Shown: positions 1-9,951, counted from the first letter of the stretch. The stretch: 64,000 nt of DNA from Bacteroidales bacterium (GCA_017991835.1 JAGOPY010000001.1:147892-211891), one strand, 5' to 3'. Notes: generated from the sequence alone by a model not told the origin. Translations and numbers: made by a program.

Positions 1-458
1 AGAAGCAGTAAAAAAGGTGCTCTCAGAGGATTAAGATCTTTTGAAACGGCATTGACCAGGCAAACTTTACCTAAATAATTTTCACTTTTGTGCAGATCAG
101 GAACAGGAACAAATTCAACCATATTAAAATTAGTGTCTGTCGGAGTCAACATCCAGCTATGCCTAGTACCATTATTCAGTTCGATAAATAGTACGCCTTC
201 GTATACGTAGGCATCTTTTACCCATTTAAAGTCTTTATAATAATTTAGTTTTGAATCCCACCCATTCACCGGATCAGTTGATAATAATATACTATCCGCA
301 CTTAACGATATCAGCGAATCGGTTTTAACGATCTCCCTCCATTCTTCCTCCGTGAGTTCATCGTCATCATCATAATCTAAATACTCATCAAGATCGCAGG
401 CGCAAAACCACAATACTGGAATCAAGAAGATAAACATGTATGCAAATCTGTTTCTCAT
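1..458 (-). CDS. hypothetical lipoprotein (partial, runs off window start)
   Basis: Open minus-strand frame from ATG at 458 (alternative ATG at 437) to the window edge. N-terminus MRNRFAYMFIFLIPVLWFCAC resembles a lipoprotein signal peptide with Cys. Absent from the ORF track because it is truncated by the window edge. Confidence 0.45.
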   Translation of the reverse strand, partial: MRNRFAYMFIFLIPVLWFCACDLDEYLDYDDDDELTEEEWREIVKTDSLISLSADSILLSTDPVNGWDSKLNYYKDFKWVKDAYVYEGVLFIELNNGTRHSWMLTPTDTNFNMVEFVPVPDLHKSENYLGKVCLVNAVSKDLNPLRAPFLLL

Positions 459-487
459 AGAACCAATTTTCACCAGTTAACTAAGAT

Positions 488-1357
488 TCACTCTTTGACA
501 CACCTGAATCCTATGATATTTTTCCCTCGATAAGCCTGATCCGGTGAGCAATCCAGCCGTTCTTTTACGCTCTGGTTTAATGCCGCATTGATAACACAAC
601 CACCTCTGATCACTTTCTTTGAACCTGCAACCGGACCATGTGGATTATCTTTATCTTCTCTATTATATCCCCCGAACCAGTCTTCACACCATTCCCAAAC
701 GTTCCCATTCATATCATAGATCCCCAATTCATTAGGCGCAAGCATTCCAACCGGGATTGTCGCTGCAGTTTTCACGCTAGCTATATATCTGCTTAAATCC
801 ACAGTACCTCCGATTGGATTATTTCTGAGCCCTGTATAGATTGAACCGGAATTCTCACCGAACCAGGCGACATCTTCATAATTATTGCTTCCACTGTATA
901 TATTTCCCTGACGATAAATCCCCCCAAGTGCGGCAAACTCCCATTCAGCCTCTGTAGGCAAACGTTTTCCAAGATGATTACAGAATTTTTGTGCTTCTCC
1001 CCAATTTACTCCTTCTACCGGACATACATCACACTCGCCTGTCCGTCCTTTTGGCAAAACCGGTCGAGGATTCCCCGTTTCGTCGCAGAATTTATTATAT
1101 TCACCTTTGGTAACCTCATATTTATCAATATAGAAATCATGAAGTCTGACCTGGCTTTCCGGATGTGAACTCGGCCATATACCACCACCAAATGTAAAAT
1201 CATCCCCTTTGACAAACATCATATCGTTCATCATCGCAGTAGCATCCTGTATTGAATCCTGATCTATTGAATTTGATTTCTGGACCTGGGCAATCAATCC
1301 GGGACATGATAGACAGATGGACCAGATCGCAATATAACTCTTGAGCAATGATTTCAT
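488..1357 (-). CDS. formylglycine-generating enzyme (SUMF1/FGE) family protein, secreted
   Basis: FGE-fold motifs GVNWGEAQKFCNHLGKRLPTEAEWEFAA, NVWEWCEDW and RGG...FRC. N-terminal signal peptide. Confidence 0.8.
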   Translation of the reverse strand: MKSLLKSYIAIWSICLSCPGLIAQVQKSNSIDQDSIQDATAMMNDMMFVKGDDFTFGGGIWPSSHPESQVRLHDFYIDKYEVTKGEYNKFCDETGNPRPVLPKGRTGECDVCPVEGVNWGEAQKFCNHLGKRLPTEAEWEFAALGGIYRQGNIYSGSNNYEDVAWFGENSGSIYTGLRNNPIGGTVDLSRYIASVKTAATIPVGMLAPNELGIYDMNGNVWEWCEDWFGGYNREDKDNPHGPVAGSKKVIRGGCVINAALNQSVKERLDCSPDQAYRGKNIIGFRCVKE

Positions 1358-1383
1358 AATTTTATCCTTTTAGAATACTGTTG

Positions 1384-3492
1384 TTATTTGCTCACAATCA
1401 CAAACTCCACCCTCCGGTTAAAGGCCCGCCCTTCCTCCGTATCATTGGTTTCCACCGGCCTGGATTCTCCGTATCCGACAAAACTTATCCTTGAAAGGGC
1501 AATGCTTTTATTCTTCAGGTATTCATAAACGGCTTTAGCCCGGTCTTCCGACAATTTCTGGTTATAGGCATCGGTACCCACATTGTCTGTATGGCCGGCC
1601 AGTTGAATAACCAGCTGCGGATGGTCGTTCATGATGGATAAGAGCCGTTCGAGTTCAAAAACAGAGGTTTCCAACAATACCGACTTGTCAGTGTCAAAGA
1701 AAATATTATTCAGCCTGATGATTGTCCCTGTATCTATCGGCGCAAGATAAAGGTCTCGGGTGATTTCTGAAAACTCCGTCTCATTGGTCAGGTCAATGTT
1801 TTCACTCACAGAAAAGAATCCTTCCTTTTGCGCATGGAAAGAATACTTATGCCCGGCAGGGAGACTGATCGTATAAGCGCCGTTTTCAGGGTTCGAACTC
1901 GCAATCCCGATCTCCTCATTGGTTTCCAGGTCGGAGTAAGTGATCCGGGCTTCAATAAACCCGGAGGATTTCAGGTTATAGACCTTACCGGTGATGAGTG
2001 CCACAGGATTGGGTTTGGCCGCCTCCGAAACTTTGATCCTGAAGATATCTTCATTTCCAAATGAATTATCGGTCGATACCAGGTAAGAATAATCGCCGGA
2101 GGCGGGAATGGTGAAATAGGCGTCCCATCCGGGCGTATTGATGCTGGGCCCCAGGTTCTGCGGTTTGCTCCATTTGGTCCAGGTATCGTCGAGCCGCCGG
2201 GTGATGTAAATGTCGTGGGATCCGTATCCGGGATAGGCATTGGAGCTAAAGTAAAGCGTAACATTATCCGGTGCTATGAAGGGAGTACCTTCATCCCCGA
2301 AAGTGTTGATATCCGGTCCCATATTCAATGGCTCCGACCATGAATCATCATCCTGCCGGAAAGAGATATAGAAATCTTTTTCACCATATGAATCTTTCCT
2401 TTCCAGCGACAGGATCATTTCGTTCTGGGAGGGTGACAGGTTACTCGAACAATAAAGGTTATCGTTGTAATAGTTTTTAATGTTCAAAGCCGTGGGGATA
2501 GTCCAGCCGCCTTTTGTCCGCTCCGATTTCGATAATCCCGCGCCGATCGATTTACCTGACTTGTCATAGCGGTTGATCACAACCAGCGAGTTATTATCCG
2601 GGGAACAGTATACTACACTGTTGTTGCTCTCATTGTTCAGCGGTTTCTTGATATTGACGCGCCTGCTCCAGGTAGAATCAGGATTCAGTGTGGAATACCA
2701 TATGTCCTGCGTATCTTCCTTGCCAATATTATTCTTATCACTTTCTACCGTCAGGTAAAGGGTTTGCCCGTCGGCAGAGATAATCGGGGCTAGTTCTTCC
2801 GCTTTGGAGTTGACATTCTCGCCCAGATTTTCCTTCAAAAATATCTTGCCCGACTCTTCGACCAGATTGATATTCTGCCAGCCATCCTGTTTTGCGACAA
2901 AATAGTCGACCTTCACGTTTTGATATCCTTCGTTCATAAATCCGACGATTGAGATGCAAAAATCGAAATCGGAACTGCTCCAGACTTTATGATCATTGAT
3001 GAAAAACTCCACCACGCCGTTCGTATTTCTGAGCTCAAGCTGGTTATACTCACCCGGGCCTTTTACAATACCGGTTTTGGTAGTTTTTGGCAGGACTTCT
3101 ACGGGTTTATACCTGTACTGCACCTGGTGATCGATAGCATATCCGTCTTTCGGATATATCTTGAATTTATAAATGCCCATTTTATCTGTATAGCGCGTGT
3201 CAAGGGCCATTAATCCGAAAGGCTTTTTTGTATGCCCGTCAGCATACTTTATACTGCACTTAATGGAAAAATCCTTCCCCGGATCAATCCTGATCTCCCG
3301 CATGACCAATACTGTTTCTTTCCTGAGATAACCGTGAAGAATCAGCTCCCCGTTTTTGAATTCCTCCACATAATCGTCGGTACTCACCCAGTTCTCTTCT
3401 TTTGTATCAAATGAATCTTCATAAAGGACTTCCTGGGCCAGAACCCAGGTTGTGGTGAAGATGAGCAGAAAAAACAGAATCAAAGTTTTCAT
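1384..3492 (-). CDS. OmpA family protein with TolB-like (PD40) repeats
   Basis: C-terminal OmpA domain (NNIFFDTDKSVL...LAGHTDNVGTDAYNQKLSEDRAKAV...RRVEFVIV). Central repeats of PD40 type (SADGQTLYLT, IAPDNVTLYFSS), a CarboxypepD_reg-like segment and a signal peptide. Confidence 0.85.
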   Translation of the reverse strand: MKTLILFFLLIFTTTWVLAQEVLYEDSFDTKEENWVSTDDYVEEFKNGELILHGYLRKETVLVMREIRIDPGKDFSIKCSIKYADGHTKKPFGLMALDTRYTDKMGIYKFKIYPKDGYAIDHQVQYRYKPVEVLPKTTKTGIVKGPGEYNQLELRNTNGVVEFFINDHKVWSSSDFDFCISIVGFMNEGYQNVKVDYFVAKQDGWQNINLVEESGKIFLKENLGENVNSKAEELAPIISADGQTLYLTVESDKNNIGKEDTQDIWYSTLNPDSTWSRRVNIKKPLNNESNNSVVYCSPDNNSLVVINRYDKSGKSIGAGLSKSERTKGGWTIPTALNIKNYYNDNLYCSSNLSPSQNEMILSLERKDSYGEKDFYISFRQDDDSWSEPLNMGPDINTFGDEGTPFIAPDNVTLYFSSNAYPGYGSHDIYITRRLDDTWTKWSKPQNLGPSINTPGWDAYFTIPASGDYSYLVSTDNSFGNEDIFRIKVSEAAKPNPVALITGKVYNLKSSGFIEARITYSDLETNEEIGIASSNPENGAYTISLPAGHKYSFHAQKEGFFSVSENIDLTNETEFSEITRDLYLAPIDTGTIIRLNNIFFDTDKSVLLETSVFELERLLSIMNDHPQLVIQLAGHTDNVGTDAYNQKLSEDRAKAVYEYLKNKSIALSRISFVGYGESRPVETNDTEEGRAFNRRVEFVIVSK

Positions 3493-3524
3493 AATATTCA
3501 GGGTTTACAGATTATTGAAAAGAA

Positions 3525-5144
3525 TTAATCAAAGATCAACCTAAGGAATCCCACATTTCTTTTAAACTTGTCGGCACACAGGTAAATAACTTTACCGGGA
3601 TCAGGAGAATAAAGCTCAGGAAACTGATCATCAACAAAGAAAGACTCACTTCCATAAATTCTAAAAGCGGAAATTTCACCCGTAGTCATATCAATTTTAC
3701 CGATGGTGGGATATTGCAACAAATCACCCTCCCACATGGAGCTTGTTTCAAGTATAACCCAATATAAGTATTGATGGCCCAGTCCCTCAATGAAAAATTG
3801 TCCTGTTCCGTACTCTTTGGCGCAGGAGTTGTTTTCCCTTGTATCAAGCCCGTATTGTGAAACAAGTTGTCCCTGAGGATTAAAATAAAACGCCAGCACA
3901 TCTGTGTATACGTCTTTTGATGTGCCGGCGACAGGATTGAAAGTGGTGGACCAGTTTTGTCCGGCAACAAAGAATTTCCCGTCATCGGCCACATAGTATG
4001 CATCTTTCTCGAATTTATTCCCGCGGTATGCGGGAAGCTTTTCCTGACCGGGCGGTACCTGGAGTTTTTTTGTGTAATCATCTGTCAGGGTAGCTTCAAT
4101 ATATTCCACCTGTCCATTCTTGACTTTCATCAGCTGAGTCGCTGTAAAATCAACTCCCACAAAAGGGTTGCCCATACCAAACTCACCTCCTGCTGCAGCA
4201 AAATAATAGGTGACTTCACGGTTGTCAGCAGGCCCAAAAAAATACGCTTCCTCTTTGCTTTCCGGTGCAATCATATCATCAATTTTCCAGAATGAATAGT
4301 GCGATAAAATGGGTATCTCCCCGGTAACTTCCAGTTTATTGTTCATTTGTACAAACTTAAAGTCGAATGCGGTTTTGCTGAGGTCTTCTTTCGCCGGTCC
4401 GAATATGAGATAATACTCTTCAAATCCTTCTTCATCCGTATTCACATCAATCCCTTCACAAAACGCAAGATATTGCTGCTTATCGAAACTCAAACTGCAT
4501 GATTTGACAATCCCCATATTGCGGTCCAGTTGTATAATGTTAATATCATTGCCATATGCCTGGCCGGTTTTCTTTTTGTCCTGTCGCAAAGCATATATCA
4601 TGGTCAATCCTCCGGTTTCCTCATCTGCAATCAGCCCTAAGTAATAATGCTCCTTTGCATCTTCTTTTGGCAGTTGATATTTATCAACTACCTCATTTGT
4701 CACAAAGTAATTCATGGCATTCCATTTGAATTCATATTCCATCTTTACTTTCAGGAAAACCACTTTGCCAGCACCAACAATCTGAGGAACCACTGCGTAT
4801 TCCTCGTATTTGTCGCCCTGGTAATCCCACCAGGGGTATTTCAGGGATGCTGTTGTGAAAGGGGCTTGATCGGGTTCCATCTTAATAAAATTAAAATCCT
4901 GGTCAAAAATGTATTTTTCAAATCCTATTTCCTGTTTGGAGGCTTTGAAAACATAGGTAAGTTCATAATTTCCGGTCTCTTCATTATAGATGGCCTCTCC
5001 CAGGTCGCCTGCTGCTGCCTTGGTTGAGATCGCAAAGGTTTTTTCAAGATCGATAGTCTGGCTGATAGCCTGCATATCCGGAAAAATGGCTGAAAAAGCC
5101 ACTACTCCTGAAAGTGCTAAGATGAAAATGGTTATTTTTTTCAT
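3525..5144 (-). CDS. hypothetical secreted protein
   Basis: 539-aa ORF with an N-terminal signal peptide. It sits 32 nt upstream of the OmpA gene on the same strand. No motif recognised. Confidence 0.6.
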   Translation of the reverse strand: MKKITIFILALSGVVAFSAIFPDMQAISQTIDLEKTFAISTKAAAGDLGEAIYNEETGNYELTYVFKASKQEIGFEKYIFDQDFNFIKMEPDQAPFTTASLKYPWWDYQGDKYEEYAVVPQIVGAGKVVFLKVKMEYEFKWNAMNYFVTNEVVDKYQLPKEDAKEHYYLGLIADEETGGLTMIYALRQDKKKTGQAYGNDINIIQLDRNMGIVKSCSLSFDKQQYLAFCEGIDVNTDEEGFEEYYLIFGPAKEDLSKTAFDFKFVQMNNKLEVTGEIPILSHYSFWKIDDMIAPESKEEAYFFGPADNREVTYYFAAAGGEFGMGNPFVGVDFTATQLMKVKNGQVEYIEATLTDDYTKKLQVPPGQEKLPAYRGNKFEKDAYYVADDGKFFVAGQNWSTTFNPVAGTSKDVYTDVLAFYFNPQGQLVSQYGLDTRENNSCAKEYGTGQFFIEGLGHQYLYWVILETSSMWEGDLLQYPTIGKIDMTTGEISAFRIYGSESFFVDDQFPELYSPDPGKVIYLCADKFKRNVGFLRLIFD

Positions 5145-5382
5145 GATTTGATTAAGGTTAAATGATCAGTTTGTCAGCTAATTCTACCTGGTTTGGAAAA
5201 ATGGATAGCAATTTACTTTCTGACAATTATAAGCTGTAATAATCACAAAACCATTTTCATCCAATGAATGAGCCTTTCCAGCTAATAAGCCCATAAACAC
5301 AGCTTATCAAATTATTTCATGAAATTCCGGGGCAGGCTGATGAAAAATAGCTACCTTAGGCTTGCCGATCGAAACCAGCACT

Positions 5383-6027
5383 ATGCCAGGATTATTAACC
5401 CGATGTACGGTTTATCTGATGGCTTCATTATGGATGAACGCATTATTTAGCCAGCAGGAACTGTCGATCATCCGGTCGTTCACTACCGACAATGGCTTTC
5501 CGGATAACGATGTCAGATGGATCACCCAGGACAGTCTGGGCTTTTTATGGATCGCCACCTGGGATGGCCTGGTAAGATACGATGGGGTGGAATTCAAAAC
5601 CTACCGCCACGATCCGAATGTCGCCAGCAGCCTGGGGTATTTCGAAGTTAGTATGATCATCGCCGATAAATTCAATCATATCTGGATCCGGACGGGTACA
5701 AAGCTCTGCCGGTACAACCCGGCCGGCGATGATTTCATCGTTTATGACCAGGCAAAAATTACCGCAGGTTCTTATCGGGAAAAGCCTGAATACTTTCAAA
5801 CCATCCTGGCCGATCCCGATCATGTTTTACATGTGAAATACGGCCGGGAATTTTACCGGTACAACAACGCGACCGATTCTTTTTCGCCGGTAAAAATTCA
5901 TTCAGATGAAACGGACTTGTCGGAGATCAACTATGCCGCATTCGATGATGCCGGCTTTTTGTGGTTATTCGAGCTGTTCTTAAATTTTAAACCTGAAAAT
6001 TATCAAGATAATAATCCTTTTTTTTGA
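5383..6027 (+). pseudogene. N-terminal remnant of a two-component-regulator-propeller (hybrid sensor / Y_Y_Y type) protein
   Basis: FTTDNGFPDNDVRWITQDSLGFLWIATWDGLVRYDGVEFKTYRHDP is the typical first propeller blade of Bacteroidetes sensor proteins, which usually exceed 1000 aa. This ORF stops after about 215 aa and is followed by about 450 bp with no convincing coding frame. Confidence 0.5.
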
Positions 6028-6388
6028 GTACAATAATATTTAACTCCTGTTAATTCATAATGAATAACTGATAATCAAAGTAAACCAGCTAACAAACTAT
6101 ACGTTTGGATTCAATTAATCACACTTTGTCATCGTATACTTTGATAAGTGCCTCCCCTCCCCTTATTCCCCTCCCATGCCGTCTTCGTTTCTTAAAATAA
6201 TATTCTCCGGGGAGGGGATAATTATTGACTATCCGACGCTTCTGCATCTGCAACTATTGATCCCCTTCGGAGAAGGTGGAGACAAATATAAAATTGCTCC
6301 ATTTCAATCCTTGATTCTAATGATCAGGTCAAAATGGCCCACGGAGAATAGATACTTTTCGGAAAGTTCTTCCTGCCTTTATTAGCTT

Positions 6389-6475
6389 TGGAACCTGGAA
6401 CCTGGAACCTGGAACCTGGAACCTGGAACCTGGAACCTGGAACTTTGGAACTTTGGAACTTTGGAACCTTGAACT
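6389..6475. repeat. tandem array (TGGAACC)x7 + (TGGAACTT)x3
   Basis: Counted directly. It ends 6 nt before the ATG at 6482. Confidence 0.9.
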
Positions 6476-6481
6476 AACCCC

Positions 6482-7171
6482 ATGCACCTCATCACTATCG
6501 GCGACCTCCACGGCTCCGCAGCCTGGAAACGGATCAACCCGCTCAAATACGACCGGGTGATCTTTGTGGGCGATTACGTCGATTCTGGCCGGTATAATGA
6601 TGAAGCCATCTATGCCAACCTGAAATCGCTGATACAATGGAAAGAAAAATTGCCGGACAGGATCGTTCTTCTTTGGGGTAACCACGACCTGGCCTATTTC
6701 TACGGCGGTCACGAACGGCACTATTGTTCCGGCTTCCGCCCCGATATGCTCTCCCGCCTCTTTTCATTTTATACCCACTACCGGTCGCACTTCCAGGCTG
6801 CTTTCCAGATCGGCAATTACCTCTGGACCCACGCCGGCGTTGTGCAACGATGGTTCGACCATTGTATCGGCAGCGAAGTGCTTCCTTCCGACCAGAACCT
6901 GGCGGCTACCCTGAACCGACTCTTTGACCAATATTATGAGCCCCTTTATTATGTGAGCGTCATCCGGGGCGGCGTAAATGAAGACGGCGGCATTTTCTGG
7001 GCCCACCGGACCGAAACGCTCGAAGATCCGCTGAAAGGCTACCACCAGATCGTAGGGCATTCACAGACACACGAGGGAATCGTCGTCGCCGACCATTTCG
7101 GCCCCGATACCTCCGTGACATATGTCGACTGCCTGACGACAAGCCCGGAGTTTTATAAATTGGAGATTTGA
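6482..7171 (+). CDS. metallophosphoesterase (Ser/Thr phosphatase-like)
   Basis: Calcineurin-like motifs GDLHG, GDYVDSG, GNHD and a later GH. Confidence 0.75.
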   Translation: MHLITIGDLHGSAAWKRINPLKYDRVIFVGDYVDSGRYNDEAIYANLKSLIQWKEKLPDRIVLLWGNHDLAYFYGGHERHYCSGFRPDMLSRLFSFYTHYRSHFQAAFQIGNYLWTHAGVVQRWFDHCIGSEVLPSDQNLAATLNRLFDQYYEPLYYVSVIRGGVNEDGGIFWAHRTETLEDPLKGYHQIVGHSQTHEGIVVADHFGPDTSVTYVDCLTTSPEFYKLEI

Positions 7172-7330
7172 GGATTGGGAGATTTGACGATTTGACGAAG
7201 GGATATTCGATTGTCCATTGTCGATTTTCGATTTTCGATTTTATTTTGAATTTAGATTTTGAGATTTGTTTGGTTTTTGGAGCTTGTGATTTGGAATTTT
7301 TATTGATATTTACAGGATAAATTCAGATCT
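7163..7330. repeat. degenerate GATTT-type tandem repeats incl. (TCGATTT)x3
   Basis: GAGATTTGAGGATTGGGAGATTTGACGATTTGACGA..., then TCGATTTTCGATTTTCGATTT at 7221-7241. Fills the gap before the acyl-CoA dehydrogenase gene. Confidence 0.7.
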
Positions 7331-7338
7331 GCGATTTT

Positions 7339-8478
7339 ATGGATTTCAACTTTTCCGAAGAACAACTCATGATCCGGCAGGCGGCGAAAGATTACGCCGA
7401 GCGGGAACTGATCACCGATGTGCTGGAACGCGACGCCAAAGCGGAGATTCCCTGGCGGCATATCAAAAACCTGGGCGAGCTGGGCTTTTTCGGCATCATG
7501 GTCGACCCGAAATACGGCGGCGGCGGGATGGATACGCTTTCATACGTGCTGGCAATAGAGGAGATCTCCAAGATCGACGCGGCCATGGGGGTGATCCTTT
7601 CGGTCCACAACTCCCTTCCCTGCTACGGCATCCAGAAGTACGGCACCGAAGTGCAGAAAGAGAAATACCTGCCCGACCTGGCCTCCGGCCGGAAGATCGG
7701 CGCTTACCTGCTCTCCGAGCCGGAAGCGGGCTCCGACGCGACATCGCAGAAAACGACCGCCGAAGACAAAGGCGACTACTACCTGATGAACGGCACCAAG
7801 AACTGGATCTCCAGCGCCAACAGCGGCAGTATCTACATCGTCATGGCCCAGACCTACCCGGAGCTGGGTCACAAAGGGATCAACGCTTTTATCGTCGAAA
7901 AAGAGTGGCCGGGAATAAGCCTGTCACCGCACGAAGACAAGATGGGCCTGCGCAGCTCCGATACGCATTCGGTGATGTTTACCGATGTGAAGGTACCCAA
8001 AGAGAACCGGATCGGTGAAGACGGGTTCGGCTTCAAATTCGCCATGAAACTGCTCGAAGCGGGCCGCATCAGCATTTCGGCCCAGGCCACCGGCATCGCG
8101 GCAGGGGCTTTCGAACGGTCGGTCAAATACGCCCAGGAACGCAAAGCCTTCGGCAAGCTGCTCGTTGACCACCAGGCCATTGCGTTTAAACTGGCCGATA
8201 TGGCCGTAAAACTGGAAGCGGCCCGGAATTTCGTCTATAAAGCCGCCTGGCTCAAGGATAACAACCAGCCGTTCAGCCTGGCTTCCAGCATGGCCAAGCT
8301 GTTCTGCGCCGATGCCGCCATGGAGATCACCACCGAAGCGGTCCAGATCCACGGAGGGTATGGCTATGTGAAAGAATACCATGTAGAGCGCCTGATGCGC
8401 GAAGCCAAGGTCACCCAGATCTACGAGGGGACGAGTGAGATACAGCGGATCGTGATCAGCAGGGCGCTGAGGGGGTAG
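7339..8478 (+). CDS. acyl-CoA dehydrogenase (short-chain/butyryl-CoA type)
   Basis: 379 aa with full-length ACAD features (LSEPEAGSD, QIHGGYGY, YEGTSEIQR). Lies upstream of etfBA. Confidence 0.9.
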   Translation: MDFNFSEEQLMIRQAAKDYAERELITDVLERDAKAEIPWRHIKNLGELGFFGIMVDPKYGGGGMDTLSYVLAIEEISKIDAAMGVILSVHNSLPCYGIQKYGTEVQKEKYLPDLASGRKIGAYLLSEPEAGSDATSQKTTAEDKGDYYLMNGTKNWISSANSGSIYIVMAQTYPELGHKGINAFIVEKEWPGISLSPHEDKMGLRSSDTHSVMFTDVKVPKENRIGEDGFGFKFAMKLLEAGRISISAQATGIAAGAFERSVKYAQERKAFGKLLVDHQAIAFKLADMAVKLEAARNFVYKAAWLKDNNQPFSLASSMAKLFCADAAMEITTEAVQIHGGYGYVKEYHVERLMREAKVTQIYEGTSEIQRIVISRALRG

Positions 8479-8481
8479 ATG

Positions 8482-8552
8482 GATTGTTCGATTGTTCGAT
8501 TGTTCGATTGTTCGATTGTTCGATTGTTCGATTGTTCGATTGTTCGATTGTT
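8482..8552. repeat. tandem array (GATTGTTC)x~9
   Basis: Starts 4 nt after the acyl-CoA dehydrogenase stop. Perfect octamer periodicity. Confidence 0.9.
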
Positions 8553-8574
8553 AATCTTACTGTCAAATATTATA

Positions 8575-8662
8575 ACAATTGAACAATTGAGCTGTTGAAC
8601 AATTGAGCTGTTGAACAATTGAGCCGTTGAACAATTGAACAGTTGAACAATTGAGCCGTTGA
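8575..8662. repeat. tandem array of 16-mer GAACAATTGAGCYGTT x~5
   Basis: Read directly. Its GAACAAT core is the reverse complement of the core of the preceding array, so the two arrays can form a long imperfect hairpin. Confidence 0.85.
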
Positions 8663-8724
8663 CTAATCTTTTTTATCTTTGATGATTCTTTTAATCATTA
8701 ATTTTAAACTGGAGGATATGTGGG

Positions 8725-9102
8725 ATGGAAAAGAAATATTTAAAATTAAATGATATTGATTCCTATAAGAGGGCTTTTCATCTGAGTAATAAAGTCTGGA
8801 ACATCGTAATTTCCTGGGATCATTTTTCGAAAAATACTGTCGGATCGCAATTTGTCCGGGCTGTGGATTCAATTTCTGCAAACCTGGCTGAAGGTTTTGG
8901 CAGATTTTCCAAAAAGGATAAGATTAAGTTTTATCGCATTGCAACGGGTTCGCTAAAAGAATCTTTGGATTGGAATGAAAAGTCAAAACATCGAAACCTG
9001 ATATCGGAAGAAATCTATCTGGAAATATTTAATGAACTGAATGCATTGCCATTAGAGATCAACCAACTTATAAAATACATAAATATGTCTCTTAAAAAAT
9101 AA
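8725..9102 (+). CDS. four-helix-bundle protein (23S rRNA intervening-sequence protein family)
   Basis: 125 aa. QFVRAVDSISANLAEGFGR...KFYRIATGSLKESLDW matches the family signature as I remember it. Confidence 0.75.
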   Translation: MEKKYLKLNDIDSYKRAFHLSNKVWNIVISWDHFSKNTVGSQFVRAVDSISANLAEGFGRFSKKDKIKFYRIATGSLKESLDWNEKSKHRNLISEEIYLEIFNELNALPLEINQLIKYINMSLKK

Positions 9103-9117
9103 TATTAAATTTGCCCG

Positions 9118-9199
9118 ACAATAGAACAATAGAACAATAGAACAATAGAACAATAGAACAATAGAACAATAGAACAATAGAACAATAGAACAATAGAAC
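9118..9199. repeat. tandem array (AACAATAG)x~10
   Basis: Perfect octamer array ending 2 nt before the etfB ATG. Confidence 0.9.
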
Positions 9200-9201
9200 C
9201 C

Positions 9202-9951
9202 ATGAAAATCCTCATCTGCCTCTCCAACGTCCCTGATACCACGACAAAAATCAAATTTACCGGCGATATGAAAAGTTTTGATGCTGCCGGTGTGCAATGG
9301 ATCATTAACCCGTGGGACGAACTGGCGCTGACCCGCGCCCTGGAACTGAAGGAAACCTCGGGCGCCACCATCGAAAAAGTGACCGTGCTGACCGTTGGCA
9401 AAGCCGATACCGAGCCGACCCTGCGCAAAGCGCTGGCCATCGGCGCCGACGACGCGGCCAGGATCGACGCCGATCCGAAAGACGCCTACCAGGTAGCTTC
9501 CCAGATCGCCGGCTTCCTGAAAACACAGCCGTATGAGATCGTCCTCTGCGGAATCGAATCCAGCGATTACAACGGGAGCATCGTCGGCGGGATGCTGTCG
9601 GAATTCCTCGACTGTACCTCGGTTTCTTCTGTTTCCGGATTGCAACTGGAAAACGGTACCATCCGGCTCAACCGCGAAATCGACGGCGGACAGGAGGTGG
9701 TGGAGGCCGGCGTTCCATTCGTTGGCATCGTTCAGAAAGGAATTGCCAAAGAGCCCCGTATCCCTTCGATGCGCGGTATCATGATGGCACGGTCGAAACC
9801 GCTGGCTGTGGTTCCGGCATTCGAGACCGAAGAGCTGACCGAGTTCACCAGCTATGAACTGCCCTCCGCGCACGCCAAATGCAAAATGATCGATGCGGAA
9901 AATATCGGCGGACTGGTGGAGGTGCTGAAAAATGAACTGAAAGTAATTTAG
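9202..9951 (+). CDS. etfB: electron transfer flavoprotein subunit beta
   Basis: MKILICLSNVPDTTTKIKF..., 249 aa, typical EtfB. Directly followed by etfA. Confidence 0.9.
   Translation: MKILICLSNVPDTTTKIKFTGDMKSFDAAGVQWIINPWDELALTRALELKETSGATIEKVTVLTVGKADTEPTLRKALAIGADDAARIDADPKDAYQVASQIAGFLKTQPYEIVLCGIESSDYNGSIVGGMLSEFLDCTSVSSVSGLQLENGTIRLNREIDGGQEVVEAGVPFVGIVQKGIAKEPRIPSMRGIMMARSKPLAVVPAFETEELTEFTSYELPSAHAKCKMIDAENIGGLVEVLKNELKVI

Noticed and set aside
6176-6721. Small ORFs 6176..6385 and 6329..6721(-), and likewise 8421..8618(-), 9105..9440(-), 21175..21447(-) and 27186..27389(-).
   Set aside because: Their sequences are largely translations of tandem arrays or GAGACTCC elements (e.g. FQVPGSRFQVPGSRFQVP, IEQSNNRTIEQSNNRT, SRWSLTDSRWSL), or they are antisense to real genes.
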